From positions 11,101 through 75,100 of the forward strand of contig CAYZQE010000002.1 in the NCBI GenBank assembly GCA_964480635.1: a stretch of 64,000 nt of DNA, read 5' to 3'. Positions within the stretch are counted from its first letter, which is position 1, and each line of letters opens with the position of its first letter. Positions 10,600 through 20,097 of this stretch are shown one piece after another. Under the pieces are notes generated by a model, which had not been told where the DNA came from, did no database searches, and worked only from the letters and a program-made list of their open reading frames with translations. Source of the stretch: an uncultured Gammaproteobacteria bacterium. Its GTDB lineage: Bacteria > Pseudomonadota > Gammaproteobacteria > GCA-001735895. Made by a program: the position numbers and the translations under genes.

Positions 10600-12261
10600 T
10601 TAGTCACGTAATTCTCGACGTAATATTTTGCCCACATTCGTTTTTGGCAATTCTTGTCTAAACTCAATAATCTTCGGTACTTTATAGCCCGTTAATTGAT
10701 CTTTACACAATGCTTTAATGTCTGCTTCTGTTAATCGATCATTTTTCTTTACGATAACCGCTTTAACAATTTCGCCAGATTTGTCATCGGGCAATCCCAC
10801 CACCCCTACCTCAAGCACATCTTCATGGCTTGCGATAACGCCTTCAACTTCATTCGGAAATACATTAAAACCTGAGACTAAAATCATATCTTTTAAGCGA
10901 TCTACGATGTAGAAAAAACCATCAGCATCCATTGTGGCTATATCACCTGTATGTAACCAGCCATCTTTTAAACATAATGCCGTTTCCTCTTCTTGTTGCC
11001 AATAGCCTCTCATCACTTGAGGGCCTTTGACACAAAGCTCTCCCTTTTCTCCTTGTGGCAATATTTCATCTTGATCATTTTGAATGCACACTTGTGTTGA
11101 TGAAATAGGTAAGCCAATACTGCCATTATATTTCTTTGAATTGAGTGGGTTAATACAAACAGCAGGTGACGTTTCGGTTAAACCATAAGCTTCTAACAGT
11201 GGAGATTTTGTTTTGGCTTGCCAACGCTCAGCGACTGCTCTTTGCACCGCCATGCCGCCACCCAAAGTTATCTTAAGGTTATCAAAATTAATCTCTTCAA
11301 ACCCAGGCGTATTCATTAAGCCATTAAATAAGGTGTTGACGCCGGTTATAACACTAAAGTTTGTATTTTTTAATTCTTTAACAAAACCCGGCATATCTCG
11401 TGGGTTTGTTATCAAGTAATTCTCTGCACCAAATTTTAAAAAGGTTAAGCAATTAGCGGTTAATGAAAATATATGATACAACGGCAACGCGGTAATAATG
11501 CATTCTTTACCTTCGACAATCAGCTCTTTTATCCATTCAGATGCCTGTTGCATATTAGCTACCATGTTGCGATGTGTGAGCATGGCTCCTTTGGCAACAC
11601 CTGTTGTTCCACCTGTATACTGTAAAAACGCAATGTCATCGTGCCCTGTCGGCACATCAGTGAATGTTTGTTTACTGCCTATGGCTAATGCCTGTTTAAA
11701 AGTAACGGTTTTTTGTATCGAATATGCAGGTACCATTTTTTTTACATATTTCACTACCGCATTAACAATAAATGATTTTGGAAAAGATAGTTGATCACCT
11801 AATTGAGTGGTTATAACGGTTTCTATCTGAGTATCCTTAATAACTTTTTCTAAAGTACAGCAAAAATTTTCTACAATAATGATCGCTTTTGCACCTGAGT
11901 CATTTAACTGGTGCTTTAACTCTCTTACTGTATACAGCGGGTTGGTGTTAACAACGGTTAAGCCTGCTTTTAATGCCGCAAATATTGCAATCGGGTTTTG
12001 CAATACATTGGGCATCATAATTGCAATACGATCACCTTTTTTTAACCCTGCTACTTGTTGTAAATAGGCTGCTAATTGGTCTACCTTTTCACCAATTTGT
12101 TTATAATTCAGCGTTGTCCCTAAATTAGTAAAGCAGGGTTTTTGCTGATTTTTTATGACACTTTTATGAAATATTTCATACACAGATTGATATTCATTCA
12201 CGTCAATGTCTTGGCTTACATTGTCTGGGTAGCTTTTTAACCAAATTTGATCTTGTTCCAT
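10600..12261 (-). CDS. fadD: Long-chain-fatty-acid--CoA ligase FadD
   Basis: AMP-binding motif YTGGTTGVAKGAMLTHRN, fatty-acyl-CoA synthetase signature, C-terminal PKTNVGKILRREL. Its start overlaps the fadE stop. Confidence 0.85.
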   Translation of the reverse strand: MEQDQIWLKSYPDNVSQDIDVNEYQSVYEIFHKSVIKNQQKPCFTNLGTTLNYKQIGEKVDQLAAYLQQVAGLKKGDRIAIMMPNVLQNPIAIFAALKAGLTVVNTNPLYTVRELKHQLNDSGAKAIIIVENFCCTLEKVIKDTQIETVITTQLGDQLSFPKSFIVNAVVKYVKKMVPAYSIQKTVTFKQALAIGSKQTFTDVPTGHDDIAFLQYTGGTTGVAKGAMLTHRNMVANMQQASEWIKELIVEGKECIITALPLYHIFSLTANCLTFLKFGAENYLITNPRDMPGFVKELKNTNFSVITGVNTLFNGLMNTPGFEEINFDNLKITLGGGMAVQRAVAERWQAKTKSPLLEAYGLTETSPAVCINPLNSKKYNGSIGLPISSTQVCIQNDQDEILPQGEKGELCVKGPQVMRGYWQQEEETALCLKDGWLHTGDIATMDADGFFYIVDRLKDMILVSGFNVFPNEVEGVIASHEDVLEVGVVGLPDDKSGEIVKAVIVKKNDRLTEADIKALCKDQLTGYKVPKIIEFRQELPKTNVGKILRRELRD

Positions 12262-12263
12262 GT

Positions 12264-14708
12264 CTATTTCTCTTTTTGCTTTCTTTTTCTTATAGGTTTT
12301 TTGATAGTTTGCTCAAACTCATCAACCATAATGGCTTTTCTAATGGCTAGCTCTGCTTGTATCAATATATCTTTTTCTTTTTCATCAATTGTGTGCTCAT
12401 CCAACAATTGCAGCATCCATTCATCATTACTCATTAAATCGGGTTTGATTTTTTTCTGAGCTTTTAACCTCTTTTCAATGGGTTCCGCTAATTCTACTTT
12501 CTTAAGTGCATCTTCTAATCGCCCTGTTATGTCATTTTCATCTTCAGAGTTAAATAGACCTTCTGTTAGAGCATCTCTTGCAGGAGATGTTTTTATCATA
12601 CTTGCAGCAACTCTTTGGCCTTGTCGATCATTGGGTAAGCGTAAACTTAATCCCAGTGGAAATATAATCACTCTGATTATTAAACCAAATATTTTTGATG
12701 GGAAGTTTCTTAAAATTTCATCCAGTGCGATTTGAGTTTGATACAAACTGTATTTACAACTCCATTCAACAATAGCTAAGTCATATTTTGGCTGTCCGTC
12801 ATCGTTATATTTTTTTAACACCGCAGAGACATAAAACATATGGCTCAATGCATCGGCAAAACGCCCTGACAGTTTCTCTTTACGCTTAAATGCCCCCCCT
12901 AATATCATTAAAGCTAAATCAGAGATAACCGCAAACGCTGCACTCATTTGACTCAGACGTTTATAATATATAGCCACTCTGCCACCGACTGGTGACATGC
13001 CTAAATGACTACCGCTTAGTCCATAAATAAAGGCTCTGCTTATATTTTTAAATAAATAACCAATATGGCCTAAAAAGGCCTTATCAAAAAGTTGCTGCCC
13101 TTTCTTTTCAGAACCATGATTCACCGCTTCAATTTCTTTAATTAACCAAGGATGACAACGCATAGCGCCTTGACCAAATATAATCATAGTGCGGGTTAAA
13201 ATATTTGCGCCTTCAACGGTAATGCCTACCGGCACTGTTTGATAAGCTCTTGCCATATAGTTGGATGGCCCCATACAAATGCCACGACCACCATGAATAT
13301 CCATAGCGTTGTTAATCACATCGCGCATCATTTCTGTATTGTGATATTTTAAAATGGCTGTAATTACTGAGGGTTTTTCTCCGCTATCCAATGCCGATAG
13401 CGTTAATAAGCGACCTGCATTCATTAAATAGGTTTTGCCTGCTAAATTAGCAATCACTTCTTCTACGCCTTCAAACTTACCTATAGATGTTTTAAATTGT
13501 TTGCGTATTCGAGCATAAGCACCTGTTGTTCTTAAAGCATGTTTGCCAGCACCAGCACTCAGCGCAGGCAATGAAATACCTCGTCCCACCGATAAAGACT
13601 CGACCAACATTCTCCAGCCCAGGCCTATTTTTTCTTCACCACCAATTAACCATTCCATTGGTACAAACACATTTTTACCTTGATTTGGCCCATTTTGAAA
13701 TGCCGCGTTTAAGGGCATATGTCTATTACCTATCGTTATGCCTTTTGTTTTAGTCGGTATTAAAGCACAAGTAATGCCCAACTCTTGTTTATCGCCTAAA
13801 AGACCGTCGGGATCAAAAGCTTTAAACGCTAAACCTAGCACGGTAGCGACTGGCCCTAATGTGATGTATCTCTTTTCCCAATTGATTATAAATCCAAGTG
13901 TTTTTTTACCTTTGTATTGACGCTCACAAACAATACCATAATCAGGTATTGATCCTGCGTCAGAACCTGCACTAGGCCCCGTTAATGCGAAACAAGGGAT
14001 ATCTCTTCCATCAGCTAATCTAGGCAAGTAATGATCTTTTTGCTCTTGTGTCCCATAGTGTAATAATAGTTCAGCTGGGCCTAATGAATTTGGCACCATC
14101 ACAGTGACCGCTGTTGATAAACTTCTTGCCGAAATTTTCATCACCACATTGGAATGAGCATGAGCTGAAAACTCTAATCCACCATATTGTTTTGGAATAA
14201 TCATGCCAAAAAAGTTTTTTTGTTTTAAAAACGTCCAAACATTGTCTGGTAGGTCTTGTAACTCATGAGTGATTTGCCAATCATCTATCATGTGACAAAG
14301 TTCATTCACCGGCCCGTCTAAAAAGGCTTGCTCATCCTTTGTTAATGTTGGTTTTTTATAATTTAACAGTTTATTAAAGTCGGGATTTCCCTTAAATAAA
14401 TCGGCTTCCCACCAAACAGTTCCAGCTTCTATAGCCGCCCTTTCTGTTTCTGAGATTGGTGGCATAACTTTTTTAATGCGTTTAAATAAATTATTTGAAA
14501 TGTATTTTTGTCTTAATGAATTAAACGAATATAAAACAGCTAATGAAGCCCAAATAGCCCAAGCAAAATAACTAAATATTGAACCGTTATTAAGTATAAA
14601 AAATAAGCCAAAAAATATGATTAAAAGGTTTAACTGCGCCGATAATTCAAAACGAGTTTGTGCCCATAAAAAAATCAAAAACAAAAGAAAAAATATCAAT
14701 GTATCCAT
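12264..14708 (-). CDS. fadE: Acyl-CoA dehydrogenase FadE
   Basis: 814 aa with N-terminal membrane anchor and ACAD domains. Collinear with E. coli FadE (same length). Confidence 0.85.
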   Translation of the reverse strand: MDTLIFFLLFLIFLWAQTRFELSAQLNLLIIFFGLFFILNNGSIFSYFAWAIWASLAVLYSFNSLRQKYISNNLFKRIKKVMPPISETERAAIEAGTVWWEADLFKGNPDFNKLLNYKKPTLTKDEQAFLDGPVNELCHMIDDWQITHELQDLPDNVWTFLKQKNFFGMIIPKQYGGLEFSAHAHSNVVMKISARSLSTAVTVMVPNSLGPAELLLHYGTQEQKDHYLPRLADGRDIPCFALTGPSAGSDAGSIPDYGIVCERQYKGKKTLGFIINWEKRYITLGPVATVLGLAFKAFDPDGLLGDKQELGITCALIPTKTKGITIGNRHMPLNAAFQNGPNQGKNVFVPMEWLIGGEEKIGLGWRMLVESLSVGRGISLPALSAGAGKHALRTTGAYARIRKQFKTSIGKFEGVEEVIANLAGKTYLMNAGRLLTLSALDSGEKPSVITAILKYHNTEMMRDVINNAMDIHGGRGICMGPSNYMARAYQTVPVGITVEGANILTRTMIIFGQGAMRCHPWLIKEIEAVNHGSEKKGQQLFDKAFLGHIGYLFKNISRAFIYGLSGSHLGMSPVGGRVAIYYKRLSQMSAAFAVISDLALMILGGAFKRKEKLSGRFADALSHMFYVSAVLKKYNDDGQPKYDLAIVEWSCKYSLYQTQIALDEILRNFPSKIFGLIIRVIIFPLGLSLRLPNDRQGQRVAASMIKTSPARDALTEGLFNSEDENDITGRLEDALKKVELAEPIEKRLKAQKKIKPDLMSNDEWMLQLLDEHTIDEKEKDILIQAELAIRKAIMVDEFEQTIKKPIRKRKQKEK

Positions 14709-14804
14709 AGTGCGCCTTTAATTAGGAGTCTATGTTAATTGATAGCAGAAATATCGCAGAGTTCCAATGAATTTATAACTCGGTATTTAGCAGATTAAAA
14801 TATA

Positions 14805-15968
14805 TTAACGTTCCCAAGTCACAAAAGGTGCAAATTTTACCCATGCAAATTGATGATGATCACTGAGTCCTTTTTGTACCATTTTTGTTTGGTGCAGATA
14901 AAAACGCTCTCCAGGCCTGCGCATTTGCACTGCTGATTTATTGGTAATTAGGCGTATTAATGAAGATGTCACGTTATCTTTATTCGGCCCCTTTATGACA
15001 ACTCCTTTTTCTCTGCTTTCAAAATTTAATATAGAGCCAATTGGGGCGATTCCATTTATCTTTAAAAATAAACCACCTAAAATGGGGTCTAATTTTTTTT
15101 CTGAAAAAAGTTTGGTGAATACTCTACAAGGATTAAATAAATTATTATTGGATAATGCCTTATTTTCGGGCATCGAAATTCCTGCATAAATAAAAGGGGT
15201 TCTTAATATTAAAGCTTCAAATGAGGTATTTTCTAATGATGCCGTATTGTGGTTTTTTATAGCATCTAAGGTTACTTTATCTGCAACACCCATTTTTAAT
15301 GCAGCAGCAATACTTTGAATGGGATAGTTCTTTCTTAATTCTTTTTTCTCTTCTACCGTCAGTTTTAAATTATCATCATAGATATTTTTATTGCTTTGAA
15401 TCAAGCCTAAATTATAAATTAAAGCCGCTTGTAATAACGAAATTTTAATCTCTGAAGTAATGGCTTTATCAGGTAAATAATCATTAAAACGCTTTATTAA
15501 TTCTGTGATTGATGCCGCGATATATAAAGGTTTTATAAAATGATATTTCTTTATTTCTGACAAAAATAGTTCACCCAATACTTGGTTTATATCCTCATCA
15601 CATAATTCACTAAAGTTAATAATGATATCATCTAACTCTTTTTTTAAGGTCATATTAGCATCAGCTATCATTTTTGACTGTAACTGAGCATACTTAACAA
15701 TAAGTTTATCGATACGCCCATGTAACGATTTAGAGCTGACAAAATTAATATCAAAATTATTTTGTTGTTTACTTTTTGACTTATCTTCTTGAACTAGACC
15801 TTCGGCACGCATGCGTTCATAGTGCGCCTCACTAATTCGGCTACCTTCTTTGACTAGTAGCGTGCCTTTACTATCAAAAATATCTTTACGCGCAAGCCCA
15901 TTAACTATGTCAGTACTGTGTACTTTGCGATCATCAGATACAGCTATCATTTTATTATTACTTACCAA
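14805..15968 (-). CDS. Hypothetical protein with DUF3391-like N-terminus and degenerate HD-GYP-like region (no HD or GYP motif)
   Basis: 387 aa. Start overlaps the last 11 nt of mnmE. The N-terminal ~60 aa resemble the domain that precedes HD-GYP phosphodiesterases, but the metal-binding HD and GYP residues are absent. Confidence 0.35.
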   Translation of the reverse strand: MVSNNKMIAVSDDRKVHSTDIVNGLARKDIFDSKGTLLVKEGSRISEAHYERMRAEGLVQEDKSKSKQQNNFDINFVSSKSLHGRIDKLIVKYAQLQSKMIADANMTLKKELDDIIINFSELCDEDINQVLGELFLSEIKKYHFIKPLYIAASITELIKRFNDYLPDKAITSEIKISLLQAALIYNLGLIQSNKNIYDDNLKLTVEEKKELRKNYPIQSIAAALKMGVADKVTLDAIKNHNTASLENTSFEALILRTPFIYAGISMPENKALSNNNLFNPCRVFTKLFSEKKLDPILGGLFLKINGIAPIGSILNFESREKGVVIKGPNKDNVTSSLIRLITNKSAVQMRRPGERFYLHQTKMVQKGLSDHHQFAWVKFAPFVTWER

Positions 15969-17304
15969 TACAAAAACTAGAAAAAATCTTTCCTAATAAA
16001 TCTTCTGTATTAAATTCCCCTGTTATTTCATTTAACGATTTTTGAGCTTCTCTTAAATCTTCAGCCATTAATTCACCAGACTGAGTTTCAGAAAATAGTG
16101 TTATCGCTATATGTATATATTTTTGTGCCTGTAATAATGCATCTAAGTGCCTACGTCTGGCCAAGATCGTATTATTTTCATTTAAATTCTGGCTTGTTCC
16201 TGTAACCCAATGAATTAATTCATCTAACCCTTGTTTATTTATAGTCGATATTTGTAACTCAGCAACCCTATTTTTATTAGCTTCCTTATTTAATTCACAT
16301 TTTATTAAATCTATTTTATTATAAACAAGGGCATATTTTTGATCTTTTAATTGATCTATTATTGTTTTATCTTCTTGGGTAAACCCTTTTTGTGCATCAA
16401 TTAATACTAAAACAACGTCTGCATTTTTTATGGCATGCCATGCCTTTTTTATACCCGCTTGCTCAATAATATCGGTTGTTTCTCTTAAGCCTGCTGTATC
16501 TAATACTTTAATTGGTATCCCGTTTAAACTAATTTGCTCACTAATAATATCTCTAGTCGTGCCTTCAATAGGTGTCACAATAGCCGTTTCATAACCCGTT
16601 AAACAGTTTAATAAACTTGATTTTCCAGCATTGGGTAATCCCGCAATGGCGAGTGTTAAGCCTTCATTTAAACGACGACCATTGTCAGCTTCCTTAATTA
16701 TTTTACATAAATCATTATCAATAATTTTAAGCTTTTCTTCTATTTTTCCTTCTGCTAAAAAGTCTATCTCTTCTTCTGAAAAGTCTAATGAGGCTTCTAT
16801 ATAACAACGTAAATTAATAATTTGATCGGTTATCGTGTGGATTTGTTTTGAAAAGTCACCTTGTAGTGACCTCATCGCTGCCCTTGCTGCAGCTTGACTA
16901 CCGCTTTCAATAAGGTCTGCAATTGCTTCTGCTTGTGTTAAATCAATTTTATTATTTAAAAAAGCACGTTCAGAAAATTCACCTGGCTTTGCAGAACGCG
17001 CACCTAGTACATTAATTTCTTGCAATAACATATCTTGAATAACAGGCCCACCATGACCTTGAAATTCGATAACATCTTCACCTGTAAATGAATGGGGGGC
17101 TTTAAAATATAAAACGATCCCATGATCTATGGCTTCTTTATTTTGGTCGTAAAAAGAACAAAAGAGGATTTTTTTCGGCGTAATTGTTTTTGTAATTATT
17201 TGCTCGGCAATTGATATTGCACGAGCACCAGAAATGCGTATGACACCTATACCACCCACGCCATGTGGCGTGGCAATCGCCGCTATGGTGTCTTTAGGTG
17301 ACAC
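15958..17304 (-). CDS. mnmE: tRNA modification GTPase MnmE (TrmE)
   Basis: N-terminal THF-binding region, G-domain GLPNAGKSSLLN, C-terminal CIGK tetrapeptide. Confidence 0.9.
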   Translation of the reverse strand: MSPKDTIAAIATPHGVGGIGVIRISGARAISIAEQIITKTITPKKILFCSFYDQNKEAIDHGIVLYFKAPHSFTGEDVIEFQGHGGPVIQDMLLQEINVLGARSAKPGEFSERAFLNNKIDLTQAEAIADLIESGSQAAARAAMRSLQGDFSKQIHTITDQIINLRCYIEASLDFSEEEIDFLAEGKIEEKLKIIDNDLCKIIKEADNGRRLNEGLTLAIAGLPNAGKSSLLNCLTGYETAIVTPIEGTTRDIISEQISLNGIPIKVLDTAGLRETTDIIEQAGIKKAWHAIKNADVVLVLIDAQKGFTQEDKTIIDQLKDQKYALVYNKIDLIKCELNKEANKNRVAELQISTINKQGLDELIHWVTGTSQNLNENNTILARRRHLDALLQAQKYIHIAITLFSETQSGELMAEDLREAQKSLNEITGEFNTEDLLGKIFSSFCIGK

Positions 17305-17322
17305 AGCAAAATTTACCTTGGC

Positions 17323-18984
17323 TTATTTTTCAGCGTCTATACGTTTCGTAATAAAATACTGCTGTGTAATCGATAAAAGATTATTAACTACCCAATACAA
17401 AACTAAACCTGCGGGGAAAAAGGCAAAGAAAACAGTAAATACGAGAGGCAATGCCATCATCACTTTCGCCTGAATAGGATCAGGTGGTGCTGGATTCAAG
17501 CGCTGTTGAACTAACATACTGAGACCCATAATCACTGGCAATACAAAATAAGGATCCATTACAGATAAGTCATTAATCCATAAAATAAAAGGTGCTTGAC
17601 GTAATTCTACGCTTTCTAATAATGCCCAATATAATCCAATAAAGACCGGTATTTGAATTAAAATAGGTAAGCAACCACTCATTGGGTTGATCTTTTCCTT
17701 TTTATATAATTCCATCATGGCCTTATTCATCGCTTGACGGTCATCACCAAAACGTTCTTTTAACGCTTTTAAACGTGGGGCAACCTTTCTCATTCTTGCC
17801 ATAGAGCGATAACTGGTTTCTGACAATTTATAAAATACGCCTTTTATTAAAACAGTTAATAAAATAATGGCTACGCCCCAGTTACCAACATAACTATGAA
17901 TGTTTTCTAACAACCAATACAAAGGTTTAGAAATGACGGTTAAGTAACCATAATCAACCGTGAGGCCTAAGCCTTTAGACAACTCTTCTAACTTATGAAC
18001 TAATTTAGGCCCGACAAATAAATCACTACTGAAGGTAAATTCTGATTGACTGTTAACAACTCTGTTATCAGAGCGCATACCAATTGTATAGGTTGCAGGA
18101 TATGTCTTTAAATTCTTTAAACTATAAATAAGGTTATTTTCTGGCTCAGGCACCCAAGCCGCTAAAAAGTAATGCTGAATCATTGCAATCCAGCCAGCAT
18201 CTGATTTTAAACGAAGATTTTCATCTTCCATGTCATCAAAACTTACCTTTTCATATTTTATTTCTTCGTTATAAATAACGGCACCGGTATAGGTGTATAA
18301 CAACATTGATTCATCAAGTGGGCGTGAGCGTGTAATTTGGCGATATTGACTTCCAGACCAACTCTCATTTGATTGATTATTAACTTTATGAGTTACATTT
18401 ATGGCATAGCTATCACGACTAAATGTATAGGTTTTTGTAACGCTAATACCATTTTTTTGCCACGTTAACGGCACAATGAGTTGATCTTCATTTTCAGCTA
18501 AGGTGTAGCTTAACGAATTGGCTCGATAGATATCATGATGGGTCGGAGCGGCAGAATTTTTTGACCTTAAACCACTTTGAATAAGAAAAACTTCATCTTC
18601 ATTTTTAAACGCTAATGCTAAGTATTCATCTACATTATCAAGAGATACGGGATGTTTTTTTAGTTTTAATGATGTAATAACACCACCACGTGTATCAATC
18701 TCAATTTCTACTAAATCTGTTTCAACTTTAATTATTTTAGCGATCGTTGCCGCAGGTTCTGATATTTGAGATAAGCTAGCTGTTTGGTCTGTCGACGTTG
18801 ATATCGCCATTTCTGGCATATCATTTTGCATCATAGAATCTGATGCTAGTGGCATTCCTGTATTTTGCTGTGTGCTATTTTCAATAACAATAGGTTGTGG
18901 ACCAAAATCTATCTGCCATTGTTGCCAAATTAACATGCCTACAAATGCTAAGGCTGCATATAAAAATAATTTTTGATTATCCAT
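17323..18984 (-). CDS. yidC: Membrane protein insertase YidC
   Basis: N-terminal TM, large periplasmic domain and 5-TM C-terminal core (MMELYKKEKINP..., PILIQIPVFIGLYW). Confidence 0.9.
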   Translation of the reverse strand: MDNQKLFLYAALAFVGMLIWQQWQIDFGPQPIVIENSTQQNTGMPLASDSMMQNDMPEMAISTSTDQTASLSQISEPAATIAKIIKVETDLVEIEIDTRGGVITSLKLKKHPVSLDNVDEYLALAFKNEDEVFLIQSGLRSKNSAAPTHHDIYRANSLSYTLAENEDQLIVPLTWQKNGISVTKTYTFSRDSYAINVTHKVNNQSNESWSGSQYRQITRSRPLDESMLLYTYTGAVIYNEEIKYEKVSFDDMEDENLRLKSDAGWIAMIQHYFLAAWVPEPENNLIYSLKNLKTYPATYTIGMRSDNRVVNSQSEFTFSSDLFVGPKLVHKLEELSKGLGLTVDYGYLTVISKPLYWLLENIHSYVGNWGVAIILLTVLIKGVFYKLSETSYRSMARMRKVAPRLKALKERFGDDRQAMNKAMMELYKKEKINPMSGCLPILIQIPVFIGLYWALLESVELRQAPFILWINDLSVMDPYFVLPVIMGLSMLVQQRLNPAPPDPIQAKVMMALPLVFTVFFAFFPAGLVLYWVVNNLLSITQQYFITKRIDAEK

Positions 18985-18988
18985 AAGG

Positions 18989-19249
18989 CTATTTCTTTAC
19001 TTTATGAGTTGGCACGGGATCATATCCACCTTCATGCCAAGGGTGACAAGAGAAGATTCTCTTTATAGCTAACCAACTTCCTTTAAAGAATCCAAATGAT
19101 TCTATAGCTTCTATAGAATAATGTGAGCATGTTGGATAGTACCGACAGTTATTCGCCATATATGGGCTAATAACTATTTGATAAAATTTGATGGGTAATA
19201 TTAAGAGTTGACGCATAATTTTTAACATTGTGTCTTCACAGTTTGCCAA
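18989..19249 (-). CDS. yidD: Membrane protein insertion efficiency factor YidD
   Basis: 86 aa with conserved [10 protein letters not shown] and [12 protein letters not shown] motifs. Confidence 0.85.
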   Translation of the reverse strand: MANCEDTMLKIMRQLLILPIKFYQIVISPYMANNCRYYPTCSHYSIEAIESFGFFKGSWLAIKRIFSCHPWHEGGYDPVPTHKVKK

Positions 19250-19575
19250 TTTTTTTGCATTAACTCAAAAATTTGCTGATTGGTCTGAAACATTATTTTA
19301 TGTTTCACCATAATCAGATAACTTTTATTAGGTAATTGAGATTGAGATTGACGAAAACTTTCTCTAAAAATTCTTTTCAATCTGTTGCGATCAACAGCTT
19401 TTTTAATTTGCTTTTTAGCAATAGCAAAGCCTAAACGTGGTCGCTTAGATGTTTGCTTACTGATCAATAGCGTCATCAATGAATTTCCAATTTTTAAATT
19501 AGACTTAAAAACTTGTTGAAATTCACCACCAGTAGTTAATCTACTGTGTCGCCGAAAACAAAATTGTTCGGCCAT
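19222..19575 (-). CDS. rnpA: RNase P protein component RnpA
   Basis: 117 aa, basic, with the conserved RNR-type motif ([18 protein letters not shown]). Sits in the rpmH-rnpA-yidD-yidC context. Confidence 0.85.
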   Translation of the reverse strand: MAEQFCFRRHSRLTTGGEFQQVFKSNLKIGNSLMTLLISKQTSKRPRLGFAIAKKQIKKAVDRNRLKRIFRESFRQSQSQLPNKSYLIMVKHKIMFQTNQQIFELMQKNWQTVKTQC

Positions 19576-19593
19576 TGTATTAGCCTGATATGC

Positions 19594-19728
19594 CTATGGA
19601 GTTAGGCGAGCTCTACCTTTTGCTCTACGTGATTTTAATACCTTGCGACCACCAGTGGTCTGAGTACGGGCTCTAAAACCATGTGTACGGGCTCTTTTAA
19701 TTTTACTAGGTTGATATGTGCGTTTCAT
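19594..19728 (-). CDS. rpmH: 50S ribosomal protein L34
   Basis: Complement translates to [44 protein letters not shown] (44 aa). Below the ORF-track size cut-off. Located immediately upstream of rnpA as in most bacteria. Confidence 0.85.
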   Translation of the reverse strand: MKRTYQPSKIKRARTHGFRARTQTTGGRKVLKSRRAKGRARLTP

Positions 19729-19767
19729 GTTACTTCCAAAAGTGTCGACTTAAAAACAAGGCGCGAT

Positions 19768-19796
19768 AATATATAATTATACCCATACTTCGTCAA
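19768..19796 (-). promoter_or_regulatory. Candidate sigma-70 promoter of the rpmH operon (-35 TTGACG, 17-nt spacer, -10 TATATT on the minus strand)
   Basis: Read on the minus strand: TTGACGaagtatgggtataattaTATATT, about 40 nt upstream of the rpmH ATG. Confidence 0.35.
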
Positions 19797-19844
19797 TCTT
19801 TATTTTAACTAAGTGCTATTTATTCACTATAAGTTATATTAATT

Positions 19845-20050
19845 AAGAAATCTCTTAACATATCAATAAAATTTTAAGCGTTATCAAGCTGTCGGCAATT
19901 ACTCCTGCATTGCTCTACTAAGTTACATCCATGTGGCTTTCCTACAGGTCGCTGCCAAATTACCACCAGCGTTAGTTATCAAATCTTGTGGTATCTAGAT
20001 GACAATGATTTGGCTTAGATAAAAATTATGGACTTAATCAGAGCATCCTT
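19845..20050 (-). mobile_element. Degenerate, internally deleted copy of the TIR element (MITE-like) in the rpmH-dnaA intergenic region
   Basis: 20026-20050 is a perfect reverse complement of the 25-bp TIR AAGGATGCTCTGATTAAGTCCATAA of the copy at 54835-55145. The ~130 bp upstream aligns with the interior of that copy (CATCCATGTGGCTTYCCTACRGGTCG..TGCCAAAT...TATCTAGATGAC...TTTGGCTTAGATAAAAA), with a deletion between the internal inverted-repeat arms. The other terminus (19845-19880) is decayed (aagaaatctcttaacatatcaat vs AAGGATGCTCTGATTAAGTCCAT). Confidence 0.6.
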
Positions 20051-20097
20051 AAGCTTTTACTGTATCCTATTCTTTTATTTAATACTGAGTAATAGCT

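Noticed and set aside
10482-10667. 61-aa ORF as a real gene
   Set aside because: More than half of it overlaps the fadD coding 3' end in another frame.
14709-14804. FadR operator upstream of fadE (ataACTCGGTATTTAGcag)
   Set aside because: Only a partial resemblance to the ANCTGGTCNGACCTGNT consensus, too weak to call.
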